From Anthoceros angustus (Eukaryota > Plantae > Anthocerotophyta): a stretch of DNA of 64,000 bases. Below the pieces are notes generated by a model that worked only from the letters and a program-made list of their open reading frames with translations, did no database searches and was not told where the DNA came from. The stretch lies in contig VJWM01000135.1 of the NCBI GenBank assembly GCA_010909165.1, forward strand, positions 1 to 64,000. The letters run 5' to 3'. Below, in pieces: positions 9,643 through 21,074 of the stretch (positions are counted from its first letter, which is position 1; each line of letters opens with the position of its first letter). The translations under genes were made by a program, and so were the position numbers.

Positions 9643-11526
9643 ATGTCGGAGCTTTTTCTCCGGGAGCTGTTTGGGCAGTACCAGCAGGTGTTCGGTGTCG
9701 GGCCGGGGCTGGGTCCCGGGACCGGGACCTCCCTGCTCAAAGTGGACGGAGTGACCAATGCGTTCCTCAAGTCCGTGTTCCGGGCTGTAGCGGCGCTGTG
9801 GAGATCCAATCCCTGGAAGAGGTTCAGGCCGGCGCATGTGTTCGGGGTGAGGGTGGGGAAGGACTCGGACTGGCCGGACTCCAAGCAGCCCTTCTGCTGC
9901 GCGCAGTTCGTGGGAGGGGGCGGATCTGGGGACTGGGGGATCAACCTGTACCGGACAGAGGCGGATGCTGCGGAGATGGCTGGGATCAGGGGGCTCGGGA
10001 GCATGAAGTCGGTGCCGCAGAAGGGGCTGATGAGGATCACCTTCGGGCCCGAGGCTGAGCTGTCTTCGGGAAACAAGAAGATGATCAAGACGCTGGGGTT
10101 GGAGATAGCTGGGGCTAAGGCGTTTCCTTTGATCGACATTGTGTACTCTCCCAAGGGCGGTGTGGATGGCTTCCCTGCCTTTAGAAACCCTGCGCTGGAG
10201 GAGCTCAGGTGGATGTACGTCTGCATCCGGGCGCTCACTCAGGTGCACCCGTCGCTGCAGAAGGACGAGGGTGAGGAGTCCGTCTTTGAGGATTTCCTCC
10301 AGACGGTTGATGTTTCTTGGCGTCAAGACGACCCCAAGGCCTGGGAGGTGACCTCGGTGCGGGTGTCGTATCCTGTGCGGGATGAGGTAGAGGACACCAA
10401 CAACCCTGTCCCCAAGCTGGCAGAGATTTCCGATTCCCCTGCCGAGGTCTTGGATTGGTCCATCCCTCGGCAATGTGTCCTCTGCGAGAAGGAGGTGCCG
10501 GCAGACAAAGCCCCGCGCTGCAGCCGCTGCAAGGCAGTCATCTATTGTAGCCCTGTCTGCCAGAAGAAGCACTGGAAGGAGCTGCACAAGGGCAACTGCG
10601 AACTGTACCGGGCCATGATGGAGAGGGAGGAGGAGTTGGAGATCAAGGGTTTCTCCTTCCCCACTCTGATAGAACATTCCTGCAAGTGGCTGGAGTCGTT
10701 GGGGCTTCATGGGAGAGGGATGTGGAGAAGGATGTGCGGATGCTTCAGAGGCTGCCCTTACGGCTTGCTGCCTCCCCCAGAAGGTGGGTCCGTTGCTGGT
10801 GCTTGGGGTGTGGAGCATGGCAAGTACCCTCCCGACGCTCCCCTCCTGGAGTACAACGGAGGCAGCGAAATTCCCTCCATGGTTTTGCTCTCCAGCTGGT
10901 CTGAGTACTACGACCTCCGTGCTCTGCCCAACGAAAGTCCTGTTGCTGCTCTCCTCTCCTTCCCTCTTTCCTTGTACAACATTGTCACCTCCCTATGTGT
11001 GGTGACCAAGAACATGCTCACAAAGGGCAGGGAGATAGTGGTCCACTATCTGGGCCCAGAAGGAGAGTTGGACTGGTTACCTGCCTTTGCCGAGATCGGG
11101 CACCTGCTCGGAGAGTCTGGCGGAATTCATTTATACATGATAGGCCCTGACGTGCCAAGCTCATTGTCGGGGGAGACAGCAGCTGTTGGGAGATCTATGA
11201 AGGTTACATTTACACAGGGCTTATATCAGGAGGAAGCTAATAACTTGGCCCCTCCTCACGTCGTGGTGGCCCTCAACTCGGGCCTGGAGTCACACAGCAC
11301 GTGGATGGGAGCTTTGGAAGTGATAAAGCACCATGGTGTCCCAGCCTTTTTCACAGATTTTGCTGAGCCTTGCTGCGTAAATGCCAAGCAGGTGCTCCGA
11401 GCTTCAGCCCTGCAGATCACCTATCCAGTCACCCCCAACCCATTCAGGTCTCCCTGCAGGAATCAGATAGCGTCCAGCAACGTTCCCTGGTACAGCAATG
11501 GCTTCATTTTTGGGGTGAACACATAG
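9643..11526 (+). CDS. zf-MYND domain protein with MSS51-like C-terminal region, single exon, 627 aa
   Basis: Uninterrupted ORF with MYND finger CVLC..CSRCKAVIYCSPVCQKKHWKELHKGNC and C-terminal IVVHYLGPEGEL, PHVVVALNSG and TPNPFRSP motifs as in MSS51-like proteins. Confidence 0.9.
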   Translation: MSELFLRELFGQYQQVFGVGPGLGPGTGTSLLKVDGVTNAFLKSVFRAVAALWRSNPWKRFRPAHVFGVRVGKDSDWPDSKQPFCCAQFVGGGGSGDWGINLYRTEADAAEMAGIRGLGSMKSVPQKGLMRITFGPEAELSSGNKKMIKTLGLEIAGAKAFPLIDIVYSPKGGVDGFPAFRNPALEELRWMYVCIRALTQVHPSLQKDEGEESVFEDFLQTVDVSWRQDDPKAWEVTSVRVSYPVRDEVEDTNNPVPKLAEISDSPAEVLDWSIPRQCVLCEKEVPADKAPRCSRCKAVIYCSPVCQKKHWKELHKGNCELYRAMMEREEELEIKGFSFPTLIEHSCKWLESLGLHGRGMWRRMCGCFRGCPYGLLPPPEGGSVAGAWGVEHGKYPPDAPLLEYNGGSEIPSMVLLSSWSEYYDLRALPNESPVAALLSFPLSLYNIVTSLCVVTKNMLTKGREIVVHYLGPEGELDWLPAFAEIGHLLGESGGIHLYMIGPDVPSSLSGETAAVGRSMKVTFTQGLYQEEANNLAPPHVVVALNSGLESHSTWMGALEVIKHHGVPAFFTDFAEPCCVNAKQVLRASALQITYPVTPNPFRSPCRNQIASSNVPWYSNGFIFGVNT

Positions 11527-11702
11527 GCTAGGGCTAGCCAACTATGGCACCACGTCCATTCTTAGTAGCAATGTAGCGAACAGGATTCCAGTGCTCTATT
11601 CATCCCCCTGTTGTTCTGCCCGCTGCATTTTGGAGAGAAGAAAATGTTGAGAACCTGCTAGTGCAAGTACTGGGAGCAGATTGTAGTTGAAACTGTGGAA
11701 CA

Positions 11703-14200
11703 TCATTTGGCAGCGAAGTCAACAAGAGCTTGATGACTTGGAGATACGAAAGCTACGATTTTAAATGTCTGAGGTTTTTCTCTACTTTCCCACGTTCTTG
11801 GCGGAGAGGCTTCATACTTGATGCCGATTACTGTCGACAGGCCTACAGTCAACAACATGTGAGAACTCTCCAGGCAAGGTAGGACTCTAGTCTTAATAGC
11901 AACGAAGGAGGAAACTCCACTTACTCTGATGCACGCGCCCCATAAGTAGCTTTTCACCTCTCCAATAAGCTAAAGGCTTACATCTGAACCTGGTGCTCCG
12001 CCTCACACCATCTTGCCACTTTGTACCAGCACCTGAAACACAGCCAAAGAGCTAAAGAGACTTGCTGCAGGCAGGCAATAGTTAAGATAAAAAGCTGTAA
12101 GACTGACCTGCAAGACTTTTGCGCCTGTCAAGGTTGGTCGTCCTGCGGTTCCTCTTGGTGCAAACCTGGTAACAGTGCAATGCCGAGAACCTAATAAGTA
12201 TATGAACTACTTTGAGTCAAGCGACATCGCGTTTGTGTCCTCCTTACCTTTCTTGTAGGAATCTCCAGTTCGTTCTGAGGATCAAATGACTCCACATGCT
12301 CATCGACGGCCGTAAAACTGAGGGCGGGATGTTCAGCTGAGATAAACCGACCCTGTCGCTCTTTTCGTGTTTCAATGAAAAAACGGTTTTGAGGACCCAC
12401 TGAATGGGTCAGGAAGCTCAAGTCTTGACATGGAGAGACTCCAGCAGGTGCGTCATCCACAGGGCTCCCAGGGCCTACTTCGGGAAAAAGTACCCTTGGA
12501 GATGGAAGCTGCCGCCCTACTGTGGCTTGCTGGTCGCAACTGAAGATGGTAACATGCTGATCCAGAGTGGGTGTGGGGTTTTTACGATTTGGTGATGGTT
12601 GCCGTTGAGGATCTTGTGTCTCGGAACCTGCAGACAAACCCTCTTCTACTTGTGGGATGTCGTCCAGCATTTCCCCGAGCTTGTCTTCGCCTGAGCAGTG
12701 TCGAGAGAGCTTCCCATCAGGTGCCAACAGTACGCTGGTCGTGCAGACAACTTCATCAGCAGGTGGCTCTGGAATCGGGATGTCATTCCTATCGATGCCA
12801 TCTGGTGTGTCCTCCAGCTCTATTACTTCAGTCAAATCACTGGAAACTGGCCAATATGAAACACCAAGGCTGCTCCTGGCATCATCTTCGTCCAACCCTG
12901 TGATTTCTGTATCTCCAATGCCAGCAGACCCCGAGAGCAGACAGTCATATGTTGCACTTAGGCGGCACACAGGGCTCTCTTCAGCCAAATCCCCAGAGGT
13001 CGTTTGTGGACATGCCAGCTGAAAAGAAGGGAAAGATTGTTCTGCTGCACTGAGATCAGAAAGCCTATTCCCGGCTTGGGCAAATCCTGCCAGCGAATCA
13101 CTTTGCTCCTCAACTATCCCTGCCTCTGATCTCTTCGTTCCCTGCGCTTCGAATTGCCCGCATCCATAACAGTCGACAGTGACATCCTCCTTCTCCAAGC
13201 TACCAGCTGAATCCACAGGAGAGGTTGTGTCCAGCGCACATACAAAACGCATTGGCTTCCTGCAGAATCGTCATGCTCCCCTAAGAGTCATGCAACCGTA
13301 GCAAAGCCTTCAAGCATCAAATAGTTACCCTGGGGTCCTAGCCGAACTGCGTCGGGGACGTACTCTCCTGCTAGCTTGCTGCTTCTCTCGACCAGCATTC
13401 CCTGAGGCAGCATGTTTTAGTCCACAGCAGCAGCCAGTAAGCAAAACAACAATCCCCGCCAGAACGTTTGCCTGACCTGCAAAAAAGTCCTCCACCTCCT
13501 GCAGCACGGCCTTTCTGCCAAGGCCAAACCAAGAAGTGCCGGCAGAAAGTAGAGACCTCGGACTTCTGTTCTGGCCCTCTCCTCCACGACCTGCGTGCTT
13601 CCGTCTCTTGCTCATTCTGTGCCGCACCGGCATCCACAAGCAGCGTGGTGCAGATAGAGGGAAAGAGGAGATCCGTTGTCTGCCAGCATAACACCTGTCG
13701 GAATCAATAAAGCTAGAAAGTGCACACGGGTCCGAGAGAAACAAGGCCAATCTGAGCAGGAGGAAGAAAACCAATATCTGCTCGGATGGGACCAGATCCC
13801 GCCGCCGCCTCAAGCTTACAATCGTTGGCATAATTTGCCCTCATGCTGGCATCTACAGCTCCCTTCAGGAGCCGCAAACCGTCCCTCTCCAATTTGCATC
13901 ACGCTCGCAAAGCCCCATTGTCTCACTCCACCATCGCCTGCTCCAACGGTCGAACGCGACTTTTCAAACTCTCTTGCTTCAACCATGGATCGAACTACAT
14001 TTAGGGCCTCGGTTCGAACTGCGAACTGGGACCCTTGCCATAAAAAGAGGCGCTCATTCCCTTGCTGTCGGAACTCGGGAGAAGTGAGGCTGATGACAGA
14101 TTTTGAGGGATAACCCGGCCTCAAGGTTTGTGCGGAGGAGCCGACTCTGCAACTTTTGAAAATCCCTCGCAGACTCCAGTGGCCATGGTGTTCCCACACG
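11703..14200 (-). CDS. CENP-C: Centromere protein C, multi-exon; 5' boundary uncertain
   Basis: Spliced C-terminus ..RRKSLA|[37 protein letters not shown]|[26 protein letters not shown] contains the CENP-C motif (RxSxRxxxxPLxYWxGE) and the plant CENP-C tail. There is a large acidic Ser-rich exon (12191..13252 frame) and an N-terminal EDFFA motif near 13490. Confidence 0.85.
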
Positions 14201-14472
14201 AGTCGCCGTAAGGTGGGCTGCCGCCCGCGGGTATGCAGGCTAAGCAGGTTCTATTGGACAATCCTTCTTGTTCTTTTGCTTCCTCTTCTACTGACACACA
14301 AGCAACAATGCTGAGGCCTGAGGCCTGAAGCCTGCATTTGTCTCAAAACTTCCCATGTTCAAGTCAAAGGGCTTTATTGGTTTCTCCGCCGCTTACAGGC
14401 ATGGCGGAGTTATGTTATTTTATGGGTGGCAAAATCCCAACCGTATCTAAGTCGGAAGAGGACCTGGACACA

Positions 14473-14602
14473 CCATTGACCACATGGACAATACTGTATG
14501 TACGCAACGCAAGCGGAGAGTGCGCTGGCACACCAACAAGGCCGACCCATTGACCATATGCAAAATACGTAACGCAAGCGGAAAGTGCGCTGGCACACCA
14601 AC
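14473..14602. repeat. Imperfect direct duplication (~65-75 bp unit, 2 copies)
   Basis: AACGCAAGCGGA(G/A)AGTGCGCTGGCACACCAAC at 14506-14537 and 14571-14602, each preceded by CCATTGACCA. Confidence 0.85.
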
Positions 14603-15117
14603 TAGGACAACCCATGCCGTATGTACTTGCGCATAATGCTGCCCTCCCATGCTTGACTGCCTGTCGAGATCGAAGTTTGAAGATTGGGTGGATGGTTGAT
14701 TGAGGACTTCCAATTGAGGATACCGAAGGTAGTGATTGGCCCATTGATGTGGCTCACTGTAAGGCTCTGCCAACAGGAGCTTCACAGCAGCCCCAAAAAA
14801 TTGGACCCTCGACTACTCCGGGTTGCACACTCCACGCTGACCGATTAGAAAACTAGTACTGACAGTCTTGGATGGGATGGACGCCTTCGCTGGACTTTGA
14901 TCTAGTGCAAGTCCAGTACATACTCTGTCCTTTCTGACTCCTGCTTGTCTCTCCATATAAAGCTGCCTTCATTCCTGTGACCTTCCAGTGAGGAGGAAGG
15001 AGCCCAATGACCTGCAATCCATCGGTCAATCCCATTGTACACGCACTCGTCTCTCTCTGTGTGGTGGAATATTGTAATGGTACACACGCACGCGCAGTGA
15101 TTCATACTGCAATAACA

Positions 15118-16388
15118 TTATGCCCATTTGGCAAGCAGGGACATAGCTCCTGCTCCACCAAACAGTGCCAAGAATGACAACACTTGCAATCCGGCATCGC
15201 TGCGAAGGCGTTTGCTCAGAAAGTCTGCTGCAATCAAGTCCACCAGGGCCATGTAGGTCAAAATTCCAGCCGAGATAGAATCAAAGGTTCCTTCAACAAT
15301 CAGGGCTTTCGAACTGTTTTCATTGTAACCATTCTGAATCCCAAGTCCAATGGCTATTCCCAATGGAGTAGTGATGGCGAAGAAAAAGGCCATCACGAGG
15401 GATGAGAAGGTTTTGAAAGCCGCCTGAAACCCATGACAAGCAGCAGCGTCAGGGCCTGGATACTGAGTTCAGCTGCATTGTTTAGGGTTGTAAATGACCA
15501 GATAATACAGACGCTTGTTTGATTTACCTGCGCGATGCAACCTCCAAGAGCTAGCCCTTCAAAAAACTGGTGAAAGCATAGCGCGGCCAACAACGGCTTG
15601 ATTACACAGGGGCTGTCCGATACTCCTAGTGTTATTCCGATGATGACGGAATGAGCCACGATTCCGAGCTCCAGAACCTGCCGGGGGCGAGGAATGCAGT
15701 ATTTAGTTAGCTATGGTATCAAGCATGAGATCTGCAGGTGCGACACCAAAAGAACGGCAGCTAGCATAACTTTCCGTTGGTGGGGAAATCAAACCTGAGA
15801 GATCACCACGTGTCTGATTTGGGTTATCTTTGCTTCTTCCTCAGATGATCCCAGACCGTGCGCGTGATGGCCATGAGCAGGATGCGAGTGCAGGCCCACT
15901 ATGGGTAGGTGGTTGTGGTTTTCTCCACATTCGTCTGCGGTTGCACCATTCTCACAGTCCGGTTTGGAGTGTTCCTGAAATTCCTGTCCCTGTTCGCCGT
16001 GTGACCCCAACTGCTGCTTCTCATAGTATTGAGTAGCCGCGAAATCAACAAGGAGCGTTACGAGAGCTGCCACCATGGCGATGAAGCCCGCGAAGGGGAA
16101 TTTACTCCAAGGGTCCTCAGGTAAGCAGGGATTGCTCAAAGTGTCCGTGGCATCAGGCAACATATGCACAAATGCCGTCGCCAGGATGACTCCGGCTGCA
16201 AATGATTTGGTAATGAAGAAGATGTTCCCTTCCGTACTGAAGAACGCAAATCTTCTGCCAACCAAGGGAATGAGAACCCCCAGAGTACTGGCAGTCAGTA
16301 TAATAGCAATGCCTGCCGCTTTCAGATGCAGAGCTTCATGTTTGTCCCTGCATGATTCAAGCCCGACACTGCAATCGACTTCTGCCAT
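15118..16388 (-). CDS. ZIP family Zn/Fe transporter (ZIP4/IRT3-like), 3 coding exons: 16388-15795, 15677-15528, 15423-15118
   Basis: [15 protein letters not shown], His-rich cytosolic loop ([16 protein letters not shown]), [26 protein letters not shown] and C-terminal MSLLAKWA; both introns are GT-AG. Confidence 0.95.
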
Positions 16389-17377
16389 GCTGATCCCCCC
16401 CGCTTCAAACAGTGGCCCTGTTTCACGACACCAGTGAGACCGCTTTTGTCAGTGGCATGCACCATCAGACTTCAATTCCTTTCTCAGATTAGTACATCTG
16501 GAGCTTTCATCCCGATCGGTTCGAACAATTACTCACAATGGAGTCAGTGACTCACCTGCGGCAAGAGAAGGACCTTGCGCTCCTCAAGTGGTGGATAGCT
16601 GCCCTACTGGCTCCTGTAGTACAAAACAAACCGACTCAAAATTGAAGCATTGCAGGATTCCGTGCCGCACTGAGGCATCTCAAGCCTAGCCTGAGGCATT
16701 GGATGTCCACACAGTCTGCCTCAACTGTAGAATTCGAGCTGCCAGTGGAAAACCACCGCACATCAGAGGGAAGCCAGGTAGACTGCATCTCAATCAGTTC
16801 GGCAATTGAAAACAAAGGCTCGGCCAGAATCGGATTGGATCGCATCAGCGGAGAGTAACAAAGACGCCAAAAAAGAAGTGTGCAATCCTCCTTGTGGCAA
16901 ATTTTTGGCAATTGCCAATCCAGCAGCTCCCGATCAGCACCCGCACAGTATGGAACGGCAAACCAGCTCAAATTCATGGCAGGAAGGGATTTGGAGTGAC
17001 TTGAGGCGAGCACAGGTCGACGCATCAGGAGATGCATGGAAGCAAGCAAGCAGGCGCGCAAAGCGACAGTGTGGAGCTTACGGAGCACGGCGATGCAGAG
17101 CGATGTAGGTCAGTGGCTGGGCAGCGGGGGCGCCAAGGGCATGGGGAAGAAGCGCAACCAGCTGGACGGCTGCAGCAGGGCTTGCGCTTGCGCGTGCGCT
17201 TGCATGGTGACGAGGCGAGCTCGCGGAAGTGACGAGCCGTAAGAGGCTCTGGCTGCTGGCGCATAGCACTTGTTAAAGGGCGGTGGCGCCGGAGAGTTCG
17301 GCGATGGCCGGCGTTCACGATCCGGCAAGCCTGAACAGGCTTAGGTCGTGAAGGACCTGGTCATCGGTCCGCCAGAG

Positions 17378-17492
17378 ATGTCGACACTTCGAACAGGAGC
17401 CTCAGCGACAAGGCCACAAGAGGTAGTGGAAGGGGAGAGCCTCGCCGTTTTTAGCCCTACCGGGTGTCGACACCCCACCGCTCTGTCGACAC
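17378..17492. promoter_or_regulatory. Cluster of three zinc-deficiency response elements (ZDRE, RTGTCGACAY) upstream of the ZIP gene
   Basis: ATGTCGACAC 17378-17387, GTGTCGACAC 17464-17473 and CTGTCGACAC 17483-17492 (one mismatch). ZDRE is the known bZIP19/bZIP23 site in ZIP promoters. Confidence 0.8.
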
Positions 17493-18869
17493 CGTATTCC
17501 CGACCCTCCGGCTTCCGCCCAGCCCCCGCCGACCCGCCCAGTTTCACAGTTTCACACTTTGACGAGGGGCTTTATCACTTTTCACCCCCCAAAATATCCG
17601 CCTCGCGCTCACACAGGATGGTCTCTGAATTCAGTAAATGCCCGGCACAGTCCGTGCACTACAGCTGTGCGAGGCCTCTACCGGCTTTCGCCTTGAGCCA
17701 CTCTCTGTCTTGCCAAACGTCGTTCCACTGCACATTTTCCCTGTCCGCTTCCTGCACCGGCGCTGTAGAGTTGCGTACATAGGAAGGTGCAGGTGAGAGC
17801 ATGCGGGGGCAGCGCGGCCACACCCACACCTTATTATAAGACCGTGGACAGAATTCACACATCAAAATGCTCTCCGAGTCAGCTATTGGATTGTAGAATT
17901 TAATAAGGTTGTAGACTTGGTAGATCTTTGTAGGTTCTTCGAGCCGTGCAGATTATTCCAAGACTACTTTGAAATGAAGTTGTGGAAGGTACATTCATTT
18001 CACTTTTTGGTCATCCGTCCCGAAGAACTCAGTCAAGGGCGCCTTTACTTTGGAGCAAGACATCATGATACCCACGAGTCTGGTGCAGAGAAGACTTTGT
18101 CGTTGCAAAGACGAGATGGAACATGCAGGTGTTTTTGGCAAAACTGCAGCCAACTGGAAATAGCGAGGTCAAGGACATTGTGAGGAAACAGCTCTCACAG
18201 CACCTAAGCAGTAACCAGACCCACACGCACGCGAGCTTTATTCTCCTTCTCACCACGGCCCTTCCTGAGATTCAAGCAACTGATTTTTTTTTTCTCTGGT
18301 GGCTCTTCCTCGAATCTTCTCGAGCACCTGATATCCTCCGGACCCCCACTTGCTGGAAGGTCATTGCTGCCCGTGGTTTCTCCCGATATCGCGCACCGAT
18401 TGTGGGAACCTGGTGCACAGCTTGTCCGACCACTGCAGCACTATTGAAACTCAGCTCCTTGATTTCAAAGTGGTATCACACATCTCCCCATGGAAGCCTC
18501 CTTGAATCATGTGTAGTCTTTTGAACATGGCACGTAGAAAACGTGAGGTCTTAGCTGGAGCTACCACCATACTGCAATCCGGTGCCACACTTTCTAGGGG
18601 CGCTTGGTCTTGTAGCCAAGAAGGACTTAGCTCAGATTCTGGTGGAAGGATGTCGGAAGTGTAAGGAGCATTCACTTTCACAAGTCTTTTTTGTCACACG
18701 TTATGTCCTTCCACAGCTCAAGTAGTTGTTGGACCTTAATTAACTGTTTGCATATGAACCCTTTAACCCCATAATGCCCAACCCATTCTCAAATCGAGCC
18801 TTTTTTACCATGTTCAAACGCTAGCTCATGTTAAGGGGTTTTTTTTTTTTTTTTTGAAAACTTATGTCC

Positions 18870-19850
18870 TCTACATTACAAAAAATAATTAAAAACTTTT
18901 AACCTATATATCTGGTTGAAATAAAAAATAATGTCTTAAAAACTTACAAACCTCCCATGAAAAAATAGCCATTACTACCTTATACTCATCCCATGGTCTA
19001 GGTTTTTAGTGCGCTAGAAAGGCCTTTTCTTGCACTATGTGTCCTATTGTTTTCAAAAACAAATGAAATAGTTTCAAAAATATAATAGTCCAAGTATTTT
19101 ATATTTTTTTCTGAAAAAAATCAGACATAGTCCAAGAAAGGTACATAGCAAAACTTTGGACCATTAGATGAATATGCATGTAGTAATGGCATCCGTTTCT
19201 TGAGGGGTTCAAGAGGTTTTTAAAAGATTCTTTTGCGTTTGGACTAGACATCATGGTTATAATTTTCTCTCCACGAAAGGCTGCCTTTGCATGATTTTTA
19301 TCATACATTTTTTGTCCAAGAAAGGCAAACAAAGGCAAAGTCTCGAATCAAGATCCATGGTCATTATGGGGTTAAGTCCCATTGGACAAGTGCAAATAGC
19401 CAATGGTGAATCCACAGAAATCGATGACATACCAAGTTGAATCACATGTAGAATACAAACAGTTAGTCAGACCTTGCTCATTGGAATGATGATTAAGCTC
19501 ATTGAAATTACCTCGACTTGAAGAACTGCATGCTCCATAAAAAAATCTTGCTTGTTATTACGCACACAACCCCCTTCTTTTGTAAAGTGTTAATACTCGT
19601 AGTGTTGTCCAATAACATTCACCAATTGATGCAGCAACCAATCTAATTTGCATCCTAGTAGGGTGGCGTTCGGAAAAGATACACGTTCCTTCAAAAAACG
19701 GTGAAATGCTTCAACAAATGAGGTGGTATTTTGACCAGCATGAAGGAACAACCGGCGTACATTACAAATCCACATATGTGCATCACCAAACATGCCTTTA
19801 AAAACATTGCAAAGTTTCTCTTCATTTTATTGCCTGATTATATTCAAGCG
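18870..19850 (-). mobile_element. Degenerate Mutator-like (MULE/SWIM) transposase remnant
   Basis: Fragments HAGQNTTSFVEAFHRFLK..CKLDWLLHQLVNVIGQHY (19590..19793) and SPLAICTCPMG (SWIM-like, ~19380-19410). 18870-19050 is homologous to 45930-46110. Confidence 0.5.
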
Positions 19851-20067
19851 CTTGCTTTCTAAGCAGGCTTTCCCTTCAGGTGTATTGCTTGATCACATTC
19901 ATAATCGACTGCATCAACATAGTGGAGTGCATCGCCGTTGTGGGAGGAAAACCCTGGGCTTCCGAGATTCACCCTCTAGTGGCCGCACTTATCCCACTGT
20001 CGTTTCGTACGTTGGGTTTCGTCCCATGAGACTTGTGTGAACGATTGGATCTTGGGAAATCAATCAC

Positions 20068-21074
20068 TGTCTACAGCTACACACTACCTCAGCCTCCTAA
20101 ACAAGCAAGGCACCCACTACTCTCCCCCTCACAGCAGCTGCACCACCTGCACTGCTCCGGAAATTCATGAATTCTCGACCAATCGATGGTGATCACCAAT
20201 GCTCGACCTACAAGGACACAACACAATCGCAGGTCATGTCTTAGCAGCAAGGAGTCTGCCACAGGCGCCCAGGGACCCCCTGACCCACACCGCAATTTCG
20301 TCCCTACTCCTAAGACCAATGTTCTCCACACAGGGAGCGCCTTCTTATTGCAGATTTGGGATTCGTCCCGTAGGCTCTGCCTTTGGCCTTCCACTTTTTC
20401 TACACTCTAATCCTCATCTCAACTTTCTCAACAATGCTCTCCTCTTCTCTACTCATCTAACCTTCCTCCTTCCTCGATATCCTACTCTAACACCTTTTAC
20501 TGGCTCATTAATTCTGACTCGCCCTTACGGCACAACTGCCTGGGGTCCGTCCGGAAATCAACGAATTCTTCCTTGGGGCGGTTGCTATGCGGTTTGTACC
20601 AGACAGCGAGAACCTCCAGGGAGTCTTTCCCTGCAGTCTACTCTCGAGCCGAGAGTTCCTTGAGCATCGCCACACACCGAAAAAACACAAGACAAAGAAC
20701 CATTCACAACGGAGCGGTGGCGCCTGCAAAGAGCAAGCCCTCCACCCAGCACTCCGACCGTCGCGTTCTCCCTCTCTACCAGACACAGCGTTGGCTTGCA
20801 GCTGGCACTAAATTCTTACACACAAAGCGAAGGACTCGGGAGGATGGGAGCGCAAGACATGGTACTTTACTTTGTGAAACCCTCCTCCTCTTATAGGAGG
20901 ACCTCCGTATACAACCTCCCTTGGGTGTGCCTGCTGCAGGCCACCTTTTCCAATATTTTATAATTTCCTACCGCCAGTATTTAAGTCATGGCATCTAAGC
21001 CTATTATCTGATCATGGGTAACTTCTATTCTAGCAAGTTCACCTATGTCAATCTTTAAATAACTTTAGTCTACA
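20068..21074 (-). mobile_element. Putative 3' LTR (~1.0 kb) of an LTR retrotransposon
   Basis: On the minus strand it begins TGTAGAC immediately after a polypurine tract (GGGAAGTGGGAAGGATAGGTGG, 21075-21096) and ends ..GTAGACA. TATA-like CTATAAG near 20890. No second LTR or TSD found in the window. Confidence 0.6.

Noticed and set aside
9450-11005. Long antisense and alternate-frame ORFs over the MYND gene (e.g. 9604..10818)
   Set aside because: Shadow ORFs expected from GC-rich codon usage; no recognisable motifs. The same applies to the antisense ORFs over both PKS genes and TMEM234.
11832-11841. ZDRE-like CTGTCGACAG
   Set aside because: Imperfect at both ends and inside the last CENP-C coding exon, far from the ZIP promoter.
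16636-17328. Separate protein-coding gene upstream of the ZIP gene
   Set aside because: Only short low-complexity ORFs in several frames. It lies between the ZDRE cluster and the ZIP ATG, so a 5' leader is the simpler reading.
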